Assembly (NCBI GenBank): GCA_036785375.1
Contig: JAWMAR010000465.1
Location: forward strand, 434,001-498,000
Source of the DNA: Leucoraja ocellata
Lineage: Eukaryota
DNA length: 64,000 nt
Direction: 5' to 3'
This document shows, piece by piece, positions 25,791-37,521 of this stretch. The notes under the pieces were generated by a model. The model did no database searches. It was not told the DNA's origin and saw nothing but the letters and a program-made list of their open reading frames with translations. The position numbers and the translations under genes are program-made. Numbering within the stretch: the first letter of the stretch is position 1; each line of letters begins with the position of its first letter.

Positions 25791-26026
25791 AAGAACATAT
25801 TGGCTATATTTAAGAGGGAGTTAGATGTGGCCCTTGTGGCTAAAGGGATCAGGGGGTATGGAGAGAAGGCAGGTACAGGATACTGAGTTGGATGATCAGC
25901 CATGATCATATTGAATGGTGGTGCAGGCTCGAAGGGCCGAATGGCTTACTCCTGCATCTATTTTCTATGTTTCTAACCCCCACCCAGAATAGCTGAGATG
26001 TTCCAATATTTATTTCACCTGCGTTA

Positions 26027-26262
26027 AAGAAGGAACTGCAGATGCTGGAAGATCGAAGGTACACAAAAATGCTGGAGAAACTCAGCGGGTGCAGCAGCAT
26101 CTATGGAGCGAAAGAAATAGGTGACGTTTCGGGCCGCAACCCTTCTTCAGACTAATCTTCAGTCTGAAGAAGGGTTTCGGCCAGAAACGTTGCCTATTTC
26201 TTTCGCTCCATAGATGCTGCTGCACCCGCTGAGTTTCTCCAGCATTTTTGTGTACCTTTTAC
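26027..26262. mobile_element. Palindromic Penelope-terminal element with two hammerhead cores
   Basis: Arms about 26057-26153 and 26161-26257; duplication ttcacctg(c/t)gtta at 26014-26026 and 26263-26275. Confidence 0.85.
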
Positions 26263-26336
26263 TTCACCTGTGTTAGGTAAATGGGTTCCTTTATACATTT
26301 AACTGAACTGTAGCAAATCAAAAGCAGAACAATTAC

Positions 26337-26482
26337 CTCTTCACTATCCAGAAAAGACTCAGTAGGATGTATGCAAACGTTGTAATAAAGTATGCAAGTG
26401 GTAAATTGTAGTGAAAATTCCAAGAACGCATGTCTTCTATTCGGTAAAATCCATAAAAAAGATATGTCTGCTCCAGGAATCC
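26337..26482 (-). CDS. TMC7: TMC7 exon 6
   Basis: [13 protein letters not shown]...YNLPLAYF...FWIVK-R; ends AG|gtaatt (phase 2). Confidence 0.95.
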
Positions 26483-27639
26483 CTAAAAACAAAACAAAAC
26501 CCTATTAGGAGATGCCAAAGGGATAATTTAACAGAGCTTTTAAAACAAAGTGTGCAATGGGCTGTACTTGATCCCAGTCTCCCCCAAGTGAGCGGTACAG
26601 ATAATATGGTATTATTCTTACTGGGACTGAAAAGGTGGGAGTGAGCAAAAGTGGTATTTAAAGGCAAGAAGCTCCTTTATATAAGCTCCTACTTAACAAA
26701 TTGTCATTTAAAAATCATAATTTTTTGTTGGATAATAACCACATTGGTCCAGAATATACAGTGAGAAGTAAATTACCTGGATTTTGCAGCAACAAGCTGA
26801 CAAAGTGCAGATAGTTTGTGATTTCACCACCTGCACACGTGAACTAAGAATTTCCAAGTTTCGCGGTAGACTTTTCCCAGATACGTTCCTGCTTTGTACT
26901 GCCGTTTGGCAACTCGTGCCGAAACATTGCAAAAGAACAACATCTAATGGAGTTGAATGATGCTGAGGCTCTATGATCATCCATTTACAATTCCCATAAC
27001 ATTTTCATGTTTTAAAACTCAAAAAGTTATTACATTTTTAATGCTTTTAAACATTCCAAATCTTCTAATCAATTTTGAAATCTATCTCTGGCAGCTAGCT
27101 GGAAAGGTTCATTATTGCTCTGCCACTGTGCACCCTACCCAACCCCACCACGTAGAGGGATTGGGGTATGGAAGACTTTGCCACGTCTGAGGTTAGAGCA
27201 ACCTTTATCTAGATCCACATTAAGTGTCACATATTAATGGAACAGAGGAAATGCAACCACAACTTCTGGTGTGTGAACGTGCACGATTAAGTGAAAAAAA
27301 CAGAAAATTCCTGGTCGCAAGAGGGTGTGCTTTTTGTTGCCACCTCCAGGGAAGCTGCAATATCATTACAGTTAGGAAATGTTTCAAGAATTTATAAACC
27401 AGACTTTACAAAGTACTTGAAACACTATGTACAAAACTGACATTTTATAACATTCAAAGCTACAATTAATATTGGCCTGGCACCAGAAGCCGAATAATGT
27501 GTGAGGGTTGTATCTCCTTAGAAGTATTTCAGATTTCAGAAGTACTTCTCTTAAAATTAATTATCTTTTGTTTCAAAAGTTTGTTTACCATTTTTAACCT
27601 TATTTCTTAATCACTCATGTATATATGCCACATGTCACG

Positions 27640-28540
27640 TACAGAAATACTCAGATGATACAGCGATTGTGGCATGTGTACGGAACGGGCAGGAGGAGGA
27701 ATACAGGAACTTGACCAGTTCCTTTTGTGCCTGGAGTGAAGAGAACTGTCTCATCCTGAACACAACTAAGACTAAAGAGATGGTGGTTAACTTTGGCAGG
27801 TCCAAGCTCCCACTTCAGCCGGTCAACGCTGCTGGGGCTGACATTGAGGTGGTGCAGACATATAAATACCTTGGAGTGCACCTCGATAACAAACTGGACT
27901 GGTCTGTCAACTCTGACTCCCTCTACAAAAAAGGCCAGAGCAGACTCTTTTTCCTCAGAAGGCTCAAATCCTTCAATGTGTGTAATGACATGCTGCACAT
28001 GTTTTACAACACTGTGGTTGCAAGTGTTATTTTCTACGCTGTTGTCTGCTGGGGCAACAGCATTAGTGCAAAAAACAACAAGAAGCTGGTCAAACTGGTT
28101 AAACGAGCTAGCTCAGTGCTGGAGGGGAGAGTAGACTTTGGGATGGATGTGAGGCTTATGAGGCACAAGGTGCAGGTCATCCTGAAAAACCCCGGGCATC
28201 CCCTCCATGTAATTCTGGAGTCAAAATAGCACTCGGAACAACAACCGGCTCCTCTCCCTGCCCTGTAGAACGGAGCGGTTCAGGAGATCCTTCACCCCTC
28301 CAGCCATTAGATTTTATAATTCGGACCGCTAGTCTGTAGGGGGATGCATTCTTGCAATTTTTAATTTTTAACTGTTAATTATTGGTCTTTTTAAGTATTT
28401 ATTGCTCTCAAGTAGTGTCCACGGTGTATTCTATGTATTTTCTGTCTGCGTTCGTTTTGAATCTGTGGGTTTGTTGGTTGGTGGCTTCTGGACATCTGAA
28501 TTTCCCTGAGGGGATCAATAAAGTATTTATTATTATTATA
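27640..28540 (+). mobile_element. Rex1/Babar LINE 3' part
   Basis: YSDDTAIVAC, YKYLGVHLDNKLDWS, KKGQSRLFFLRRLKSFNV; gggatcaataaagta(tta)n tail. Confidence 0.88.
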
Positions 28541-28584
28541 TAGTAGCAATAATTTTACTTGGTTGCGGGGGAGGGGGTGGTCAA

Positions 28585-30613
28585 TGATCAATATGATCAT
28601 GGCTGATTATCCAATTCAGTATCCTGTACCTGCCTTCTCTCCATATCCCCTGATCCCTTTAGCCACAAGGGTCACCTCTAACGCCCTCTTAAATATAGCC
28701 AATGAACTGGCCTCAACTTCCTTCTGTGGCAGAGAATTCCACAGATTCACCACTCTCTGTGTAAAAAATATTTTTCTCATCTCGGTCCTAAAATACTTCC
28801 CCCGGACTTCCCCAACATCGGGAATAATCTTCCTGCCTCTAGCCTGTCCAACCCCTTAAGAATTTTGTAAGTTTCTATAAGATCCCCCCTCAATCGTCTA
28901 AATTCTAGCAAGTACAAGCCGAGTCTATCCCCTTTCTTCATATGAAAGTCCTGACATCCCAGGAATAAGTCTGGTGAAGCTTCTCTGTACTCCCTTTATG
29001 GCAAGAATGTCTTTCCTCAGATTAGGAGACCAAAACTGTACGCAATACTCCAGGTGTGGTCTCACCAAGACCCTGTACAACTGCAGTAGAACCTCCCTGC
29101 TCTTATACTCAAATCCTTTTGCTATGAATGCTAACATACCATTCGCTTTCTTCACTGCCTGCTGCACCTGCATGCCTACTTTTAATGACTGGTGTACCAT
29201 GACACCCAGGTCTTGTTGCATCTCGTTACATCGACGACTGCTTTGGGGCTACCTCCTGCACCCACACACAACTGACTGACTTCATTCACTTCACCACCAA
29301 CTTCCATCCGGCACTGAAATACACCTGGACTATTTCCGACACTTCCCTACCATTCCTTGACCTCACTATCTCCATCGCAGGTGATCGACTCCTGACCGAC
29401 ATCCACTACAAACCCACTGACTCCCATGGCTATCTGGACTACACTTCTTCCCACCCTGCCTCCTGTAAGGACTCCATCCCCTACTCCCAATTCCTCCACC
29501 TACACTGCATCTGCTCCCAGGATGAGGCGTTCCACACCAGGACATCTGAAATGTCCTCATTCTTCAGGGAACGGGGATTCCCTTCCTCCACCATAGATGA
29601 GGCTCGCACCAGGGTCTCTTCCATACCCCGCAACACTGCTCTCTCTCCCCATCCCCGCACCAGCAACAAGGGCAGAGTCCCCCTAGTCCTCACCTTTCAC
29701 CCCACCAGCCGTCACATACAACAAATAATCCTACGTCATTTTCGCCACCTCCAATGTGACCCCACCACTCGCCACATCTTCCCATCTCCCCCAATGTCTG
29801 CCTTCCGCAAAGACCGCTCCCTCCGCAACTCCCTTGTCAATTCTTCCCTTCCCTCCCGTACCACCCCCTCCCCGGGCACTTTCCGTTGCAACCGCAAGAA
29901 ATGCAACACCTGGCCCTTTACCTCCCCCCTCGACTCCATTCAAGGACCCAAGCAGTCGTTCCAGGTGCGACAGAGGTTCACCTGTATCTCATCCAACCTC
30001 ATCTACTGCATCCGCTGCTCTAGATGTCAGCTGATCCACATCGGTGAGACTAAGCGGAGGTTGGGCGATCGTTTCGCCGAACACCTTCGCTCGGTCCGCA
30101 AGAACCTACCCGACCTCCCGGTGGCTCAGCACTTCAACTCCCCCTCCCATTCCCAATCCGACCTCTCTGTCCTGGGTCTCCTCCATTGCCAGAGTGAGCA
30201 ACACCGGAAATTGGAGGAACAGCACCTCATATTCCGCTTGGGGAGCCTGCATCCGGCCGGCCATGAACATTGAATTCTCCCAGGTACACAAAAATGCTGG
30301 AGAAACTCAGCGGGTGCAGCAGCATCTATGGAGCGAAGGAGATAGGTAACGTTTCGGGCCGAAACCCTTCTTCAGACCAAATTCTCCCAATTTTGTTAGC
30401 CCTTGCTGTCTCCTCCCCTTCCTTAGCCCTCGAGCTGTCTCCTACCTATTTCCTTCGCTCCATAGATGTTGCTGCACCCGCTGATTTTTGTGTTCCCTCG
30501 TTGCATCTCCCCTTTTCCTAATCGGCCACCATTCAGATAATAGTCTACTTTCCTGTTTTTTCCACCAAAGTGGATAACCTCACATTTATCCACATTATAC
30601 TGCATCTGCCATG
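28585..30613 (-). mobile_element. CR1 3' fragment split by a Penelope insertion
   Basis: VRPHLEYCVQFWSP at 28925-29221; continues at 30498-30613 (QYNVDKCEVIHFG). Confidence 0.88.
29225..30497 (+). mobile_element. Neptune-type Penelope element, 5'-truncated
   Basis: YIDDCFG, YKPTDSHGYL, CNRKKCNT linker, GIY-YIG; duplication t(t/c)gttgcatctc at both ends. Confidence 0.92.
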
Positions 30614-30850
30614 TGGAACAGCATCAGAACTGCCCCCTCCATCGACTCTAAGTCGCGGCTCAAAACCTATTTCTACTCCCTAGCGTTTTTGAGTCCTTCT
30701 GAGGGGGTGCTGTAAACAGTTTATGTATGTATTGTTAGGTCTGTGTACCATTGTATGTAGCACATTAGTACCTGCACTGATGTACAGCTCTTTGGCCAAG
30801 GTGAGTTGTTTTAAAATGTGCTATACAAATAAAATTGATTGATTAATTGA
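30613..30850 (+). mobile_element. L2 3' fragment
   Basis: Homologous to the L2 3' end at 32290-32530; aataaa plus (attg)n tail. Confidence 0.7.
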
Positions 30851-31129
30851 AATAGACAATAGACAATAGGTGCAGGAGTCGGCCATTCGGCCCTTCGAGC
30901 CAGCACCGCCATTCAATGTGATCATGGCTGATCATCCCTTAGAAATGACACCTGAACATAACTGACATGGTCTGAGGAAGGGTCCCAACCCAAAACATCA
31001 CCTAACCATGTTCTCCAGCGATGCTGCGTGACCTGAATTACTCCAGCACTTTGTGCATTGTTTTGTAAACCAGTATCCGCAGTTCCCTGTTTCTGCATAA
31101 CTAACATGGGAACAGGTCAAATTCTTGGC

Positions 31130-32255
31130 AGGTCAGTTGCCAGATATTGGCAGCAAATTCCTTGTTAAAGTTCCCCCCAAAAATGCAAATATACTAGAAG
31201 GCATAGATTTAAGGTGAGAGGGGCAAGATTTAATAGGAACCTGGCTGACAATTATTTTGCCCATACAGAGTGGTAGGTACATGACCAAAGTGCCAGAGGA
31301 AATAGTTGAGCCAGGTACAAGAACAACATTTAAAATACATTGTGGTAGGTACATGGAAGAAAGGGATTTAGGCCAAATGCAGGCGAATGAGTCATCTTGG
31401 TTGGCATGGGTCAGTTGGACAGAAGGGCTTGCTCCTGTGCTGCATGAATCTAAGTCAGGTCAAGTAGACTTCATTGTCATATGCGCGTATAGAGACTTGC
31501 ACGACACACAAACACATAAACCACACTTACGTTCTTCAAGGCAGTGCAGCAATATGATTACATCTATGTGCTGGGCCCAGAACAGGTGGTAAATCTTGTT
31601 CACAAAGGGAGCAATGAAGAATGAAATAAAATGTTTTAAAATGATAGTGAGTCATAGAGCATGGAAACTTGCCCTTCTGCGCTAGTCCCACCTGCGCACG
31701 TTTGGCCCATATACTACTATACCTTCCCTATCCATATATCTGCCCTAATCATAGTCATACTGCATGGAAACAGGCCCTTCGGCCCAACCTGCCCATGCCG
31801 ACCACAATGCCCCAATCTACACTAGTTTCACTTGCCTGTCTTTGGTACATATTCTTCTAACCCAATCCTATCCATGTACCTGTCCAAATGTTTTTTTTAA
31901 TGTTGTGATGGTGCCCGTCTCAACTACCTCCTCTGGCAGCTCATTCCATATACCTACCACCCTTTGTGTAAAAACAGTTGCCCCTCAGGTTCCTATTAAA
32001 TCTACTCCCCTCACCTTAAACCTATGTCTTCTTGTTCTTGGTTCCCCATACTCTTGGTAAAAGACGTGCATTTTCCATATCTATTCCTCTCATGATCTAT
32101 ACACTTTCATAAGATCACCCCTCATTCTCCTGCGCTCCAGGGGATAAAGATCTGGCCTGCTCAACTCTCCCTATAGTTCAGGCCCTCGATTCCTGGCAAC
32201 TCCTGGTAAATCTTCTCTGCACCCATTCCAGCTTAACAACATTTTTCTTATAACA
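31130..32255. mobile_element. Cluster of CR1 3' fragments in both orientations
   Basis: 31190-31450 plus strand; 31650-32255 minus strand, similar to 23715-24400. Confidence 0.7.
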
Positions 32256-32288
32256 TCTTTCCTTAATGTTTTTTCATAGGAATTATAT

Positions 32289-33343
32289 CAAGTCAAGTCA
32301 CATTTATTTATATAGCACATCTAAAAAACAACTCTCGTTGGCCAAAGTGCTTTACATTTGTTATAAGAATAGCACAACAAAACAAACTACATACATATAT
32401 CCATGTAGTCCTCACTCAGAGGACGTCAGGAAAGGCTTGGGAGTGTAGATAAGTCTTTAGTCTTGACTTAAAAGAGTCGATGGAGGGGGTAGTTCTGATG
32501 GGAAAGGGGATGCTGTTCCACAGTCTAGGGGCTGCAACCGCAAAGGCGTGGTCGCCCCTGAGCTTATGCCTAGACCATGGGATATTCAGCAGCCCCAAGT
32601 AGGCCGATCTGAGGGGCCTGGAGGTGGAGTGGTGGGTGAGAAGACTTTTTATATAGGTGGGGGCAAGCCCATTGAGGGCTTTGTCATGGAGGAGGATCTT
32701 GATGTTTATACGGAACCGCACAGGGAGCCACTGGAGAGAGGCCAGGATCGGGTGATGTGGTCCCTTTTTCGGGTGCCCGTCAGGAGTCTCGCTGCGGCGT
32801 TTTGGACCAGTTGCAGGCGGGACAGGGAAGATTGGCTGATGCCAGTGTAAAGGGAGTTGCAGTAATCTAGGCGGAAGGAGATGAATGTGTGGATGATCTT
32901 TTCCAGGTCATCAAACTGGAGGAATTGTTTTATTTTAGCTATCGTCAGAAGCTGAAAGAAGCTAGCTTTTACCACGGCATTGACTTGTTTGTTAAATTTA
33001 AGTGCCGAGTCAAATATCACGGCAAGGTTTTTGACGTGAGGTTTGATTAGTGGAGTAAGGCTTCCAAGGCTGCCTGCTATCGTTTTGATTGAGTCCGAGG
33101 GGCCGAGAAGGATGACCTCAGACTTACTCTCGTTTAGTTGGAGGAAGTTCTGGGTCATCCAACACTTTATATCCTCGAGGCAGTGGGTAAGGTTAAACAG
33201 ATTTGATTGGTTTTTGGGCTTCAGGGGGAGATAGAGTTGGGTATTGTCTGCGTAGCAATGGAAGGAAATGCCGTGCCTTTCAATGACTTGGCCTAAGGAG
33301 AGCATATACAGGGAGAAGAGAATGGGGCCAAGGATGGAACCTT
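32289..33343 (-). mobile_element. L2 LINE 3' part
   Basis: QGSILGPILFSLYM, HCYADNTQLY, RLDYCNSL, LQLVQNAAARLLTG; aataaa and (gactt)n tail. Confidence 0.9.
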
Positions 33344-33368
33344 GTAACCAATTCCCAAATATACTTAC

Positions 33369-33451
33369 TGTTCCTGAGAGAAGATTGGTCATGTAACTAT
33401 AGAATAAGACCAGCTTAGGATTGAACTCTTCGTATACTTTACATTCTTCAG
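33369..33451 (-). CDS. TMC7: TMC7 exon 5
   Basis: EECKVYEEFNPKLVLFYSYMTNLLSGT; tag| acceptor, |gtaagt donor. Confidence 0.94.
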
Positions 33452-34612
33452 CTATAAAGTGGAAAAAATACAATTGGCAAGATTTTTAATTGAAGGATAA
33501 AATTCACAGTAGACACAATAGCATCACACAAAATTGCATTTGTTGAGGAAGATGCCTTCTGGAAATTCTTCTCTATTTTCCCACTATAAATAAGCTGCCA
33601 GTCTAAGTCAGACCACACATAGGGTCCTTCGTCATGGAAGGAATATGATAAATGTAACAAACTCACTAAATGAATGAATTCAAGCAATTTATTTATATAA
33701 TTATTTCACTGTTCCACATCACATTTTTAGCCCCCCCCCCAGGAATTCTGGAATGAGAACAGTAACAAGAATGATTTGCAATTCAGGTAGTGATGATGCA
33801 ATATTTTAACATGTGTAAACAAAATTCAAATCTAAGGTTCCATGGACGGAAATTATTCTTCAAGGAAATGAACACATTTTGGAGGTTTGTTGGGAAGATC
33901 TACTCGAGCATGTTATGCATCAACACAAGATATTGTTGTCCACCATTAGAGGAAAGCCGAGACATTGACCCTAACGTTCATTTCTTCAGTACTGTGGATG
34001 GCAATCTGCTTTCAATTATGATTGCAAATTCCCTTTGCTAATCTGCAAATTGGAAGTTAGGGCATGGTGCACATACAACAGAAACACATAGAAGGATCAG
34101 CTAGCCACATCAGTTTTGTTATAGATTGATTTGACCCAAACAGTACAAGGAAGAGTTTCGATAGTCTGTAGCAAAGATACCAATGCTGCAAGAAAATTCC
34201 AGAAGCACAAATCCTATTTGCAACCTTCTGGGAAACAAACTGAATAGAAAGTCAAGTGCATTAGCTCTTGATCTGCAGTTACAGATTTGACCCAAGACCG
34301 TCTGCCCCAAGAACTATTTGCTTCTTTCTAAGTGCGTTTGTCTATATACCAAACACATAGCCTTACATGGATAGGAAAAAGATTGGAGGTATGTGTTCAT
34401 AAGTGGGCAGAGTGGGACTTGCCTAGATTGGTCAGCATGGACAGGTTGAGACAAAGGACCTGTTTCCTTGCTGTATGAATATGACTCAGTTAACTTACAA
34501 TGATTTGTACACAGGGCAGCCAGTTCACCCTGAAGATTAGTATATTTTAATCTCACATAGTTTCAAATATACTCAGCTTTTTAAGTTTTCATTCCAAAAT
34601 AGATCACTTCTA

Positions 34613-35378
34613 TCTATATACAACTAAAACGTTGATCTTGTGCTCTTCTGGTTTTGCGTTTTTTTCTATTTGCTCACAAAAGGTACACAATAGCTCTACG
34701 ATTTTTTGAATCCACGAGGCCCTGGCGGTGTTCTACGTGGCGATCCAGGAGGCATTGAGACCGCGGCGGTGAGGCCTCATGACGACGGGGCCACGGCAGC
34801 TGTGGGGCCTCGTGGTGGCAGGGCCTTGCAGAATTTCAAAATCCACGGAGAAATCTATCTCTTCCTCTTTTTTCAGTTTTTTCCTGTCTCATGCCTGGTC
34901 GTAGAGGAGGGGGAACAGAGGGAGAGGAGGCGGGAGTGGGGAATAGAGGGAGAGAGAGTGGGGAGATTGAGGGAACTGAGGGGCTTGGGAGGGAGAGGGG
35001 GGGAAAGTGGGGGAGGTGAGGAGGGAAGGGAGTGGGAGAGGTAGGGAGTGGGGAATAGAGGGAGAGGAGGGCAGTGGAGGAGGTGAGGAGGGATAAAGGG
35101 GGGGGGGATAGGGGGAGGTGAACAATGGGTGATAGAGGGGTAGGAAGGGCAGAGGAGATATGGAGGGAGGGACTGAGGGTAGGGGAAAGGAGAGGGAGAG
35201 ATTGGAAGGGGGGGGGGGGAAGAGGGAGGGTGAAGGTGTGCTGGGGGTGAGGGGAAATGAGCTGCGCCTGTGCAGTTGGGGGCTCTGCGTGATTGGTGGA
35301 ATGTTGCGTTGGGGGAACGGGTGTGTGGTGGAATATTGCGTTGGGGGAGCAGACCCAACGGGTCTACACTTAGTCTAG
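34613..35378 (+). mobile_element. Non-autonomous Helitron with internal polypurine tract
   Basis: A|TCTATATA start; hairpin agaccc-aac-gggtct then CTAG|T; 3' end shared with the 829-2016 element. Confidence 0.8.
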
Positions 35379-35956
35379 TTATAAATAAAAATGCTACGTC
35401 CTCACATAGGCTTAGCCTGTCTGGATCCCCTTTGAGTCTCCTCACAGCCCACAATACTACTTAACTTTGAATCATCAGCACATTTGGAAACATTACACAG
35501 GATTCATTACCTAAATCACTGATATATATCTTGAACAGTTGGGCACCAGCACCAGCACCACACCACCCCAATGTGAAAATTATCACAATTTTTTTTAAAC
35601 TTTGTCTGTTAACTGTTCGCTAATCCAAACCATCATATTAATCCCAATGTCATGTGCTCTAATTCTGTTTGACAATCTTTTGTTTTGGTGTCTTATCATA
35701 GGCCTTCTGAAATTCTAAATACATAAACAGGTTAGCCCTTAGCTGTCCTGCTAATTACAAACTTTAAGAAATCTATTTGTCCAGATTTGTTACACATAAC
35801 TTTCTTCTCTTCTCTGTGTTGATCATCACTGTATTCTAAGTGCATGGTCACTATTTCCTTAATAATAGATTGCAGGAAGTCATTCAACAATGCATATCAT
35901 TAGTTGATGAGTCATGGAAACACAATGATTAAATACATTTACTGTACATTAATTAC

Positions 35957-36124
35957 CTATGGCAGAAGAGGTATCATGGGAGCTTGTGGTGTTAAGAAAT
36001 CCATGGTCTGCAATGATCATTGGAAGTGTAATAAAAGTAAACATTAATATGAAAATCACAAAATTCAGCAAAACCAGAAAGCTGAGGAAGGAGAAATAAG
36101 ATTGGATTCCAGTGCCAAATTTGC
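35957..36124 (-). CDS. TMC7: TMC7 exon 4
   Basis: GKFGTGIQSYFSFLSFLVLLNFVIF, TMC-family first hydrophobic segment; canonical splice sites. Confidence 0.96.
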
Positions 36125-36952
36125 CTGAAAGATAAAAAGAAAAAAAGCTATAAAACCAGTTAACAACATTTTCAATAAGAATAGATAAACTCAAGCCTCT
36201 TCTGCTTTTCAATTGCACCTGGACTCCATTTACCTGACATGGTCCTTGTTGTTTAATATCCCAAACTGACAAAAGTCTACCAACTTCCAGATTTTTATTT
36301 ATTTAAATTTATTAAGCATGACTCAGTAGAATACAAGCCCCATCTTATAACTAAAATCTTTGAGCTGCAGTAACATTCAGTCAATCTGTACGACATCATA
36401 TCTGAGGCCTATACATCTTTCTTGTGATGTAATGCCCTGCTCTGAGCACGGGTCTCCTGATGCAATCGCACTGAAGCTTTGTACAAGTATAACCTCCATT
36501 CCTTCAACTTCCCCATTCTATTTCTCTATTGTCATATGAAGTCGTCTACCAGCTGTTAGTGATGTATGCACACAGAGACCTCACTTCCCTGCTCGTGAAC
36601 AGTTCTGTTTCCAACAACTAAGAACATGTGGCTATCCAGATTCAGGTCTCGACCCGAAACATCATTCCTTCTCTCCAGAGATGCTGCCTATCCCGTTGAG
36701 TTACTCCAGAATTTTGTGTCCATCTTCGATTTAAACCAACATCTACAGTTCTTTCCAGAACAAACTAATTTGCATGTGTACTGCTAAAACAGACCCAATG
36801 GTCGACAACGGAATTTTTAGAAAAATGTCAAATTCACAACATAATACCACAAGATAACTGTTTCACCAAAATACACTGAAGCAAACAAACATTTGAATAA
36901 CAAATGGTTTGGGCTCAATTGCTTAGTTATTTGGGAATTTTAATTTCCTCAC

Positions 36953-37095
36953 CTTCTATAGCATGAATATCTTTTCTCCATGGATCTAGTCTATCTACAT
37001 TCTCCTTGGCTCCTTGAGCAAGTCGTCTCCATTTCAATTTTTTTAATATAATGTTCTGAGTTGCGAACGAGGAAATTTGAATATCTTGTTTCGCT
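36953..37095 (-). CDS. TMC7: TMC7 exon 3
   Basis: AG/GT-bounded, phase 2 to 1; ...KWRRLAQGAKENVDRLDPWRKDIHAIEG. Confidence 0.92.
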
Positions 37096-37386
37096 CTAAT
37101 AAACAGTTAATGTAAATAAACAGTAAAGTTAAAATAATAAATATGTTAATATGCACAAAACCAGAGAGAATGTTCTTATTGTGAGTAACAGGATTGGTTA
37201 AGCTTGAGCATTGGCTCTTTGCCATGACACCCAGGCTGAGAAAGTTCTCAGAACTGCACTCCATGTTGTGGTAATTTCACTGAAGATATTGCAGAAAACT
37301 CGATTAACCACATCAATTGAAATTAGAGTAGAAAAACAAGAGTGGCTCCACAGAAATTGCCCATCCTATATTTTACATATTCACTT

Positions 37387-37521
37387 CTTCTTGCGTATGG
37401 CGTGCACAGCCTAAATTTGTGGGACAACTTGTTCTATTTGACCTTATTTGATTGTGCACGCCAGGTTGATTGCATTCGTTGAAACAGGGCGGACCACGTG
37501 AAGGTTGCAATATCCCACCCC
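37387..37521 (-). mobile_element. Vingi-derived 135-bp non-autonomous element
   Basis: 3' end taggctgtgcacgccatacgca(a/g)gaag matches the LINE end at 19426-19455; TSD ac(a/g)tattcactt at 37375-37386 and 37522-37533. Confidence 0.85.
37469..37521 (-). ncRNA. Minimal HDV-like self-cleaving ribozyme
   Basis: P1 GGGGUGG/CCGCCCU, P2 AUUGCA/UGCAAU, P3 ACC/GGU, L3 UUCACGU, J4/2 CGAA. Confidence 0.85.

Noticed and set aside
32706-33473. 255-aa ORF as a standalone gene
   Set aside because: Chimera of TMC7 exon 5 and an L2 fragment; kept only as a possible read-through isoform
34706-35464. Pro-rich and Gly/Glu-rich ORFs
   Set aside because: Translation of the polypurine tract inside a Helitron
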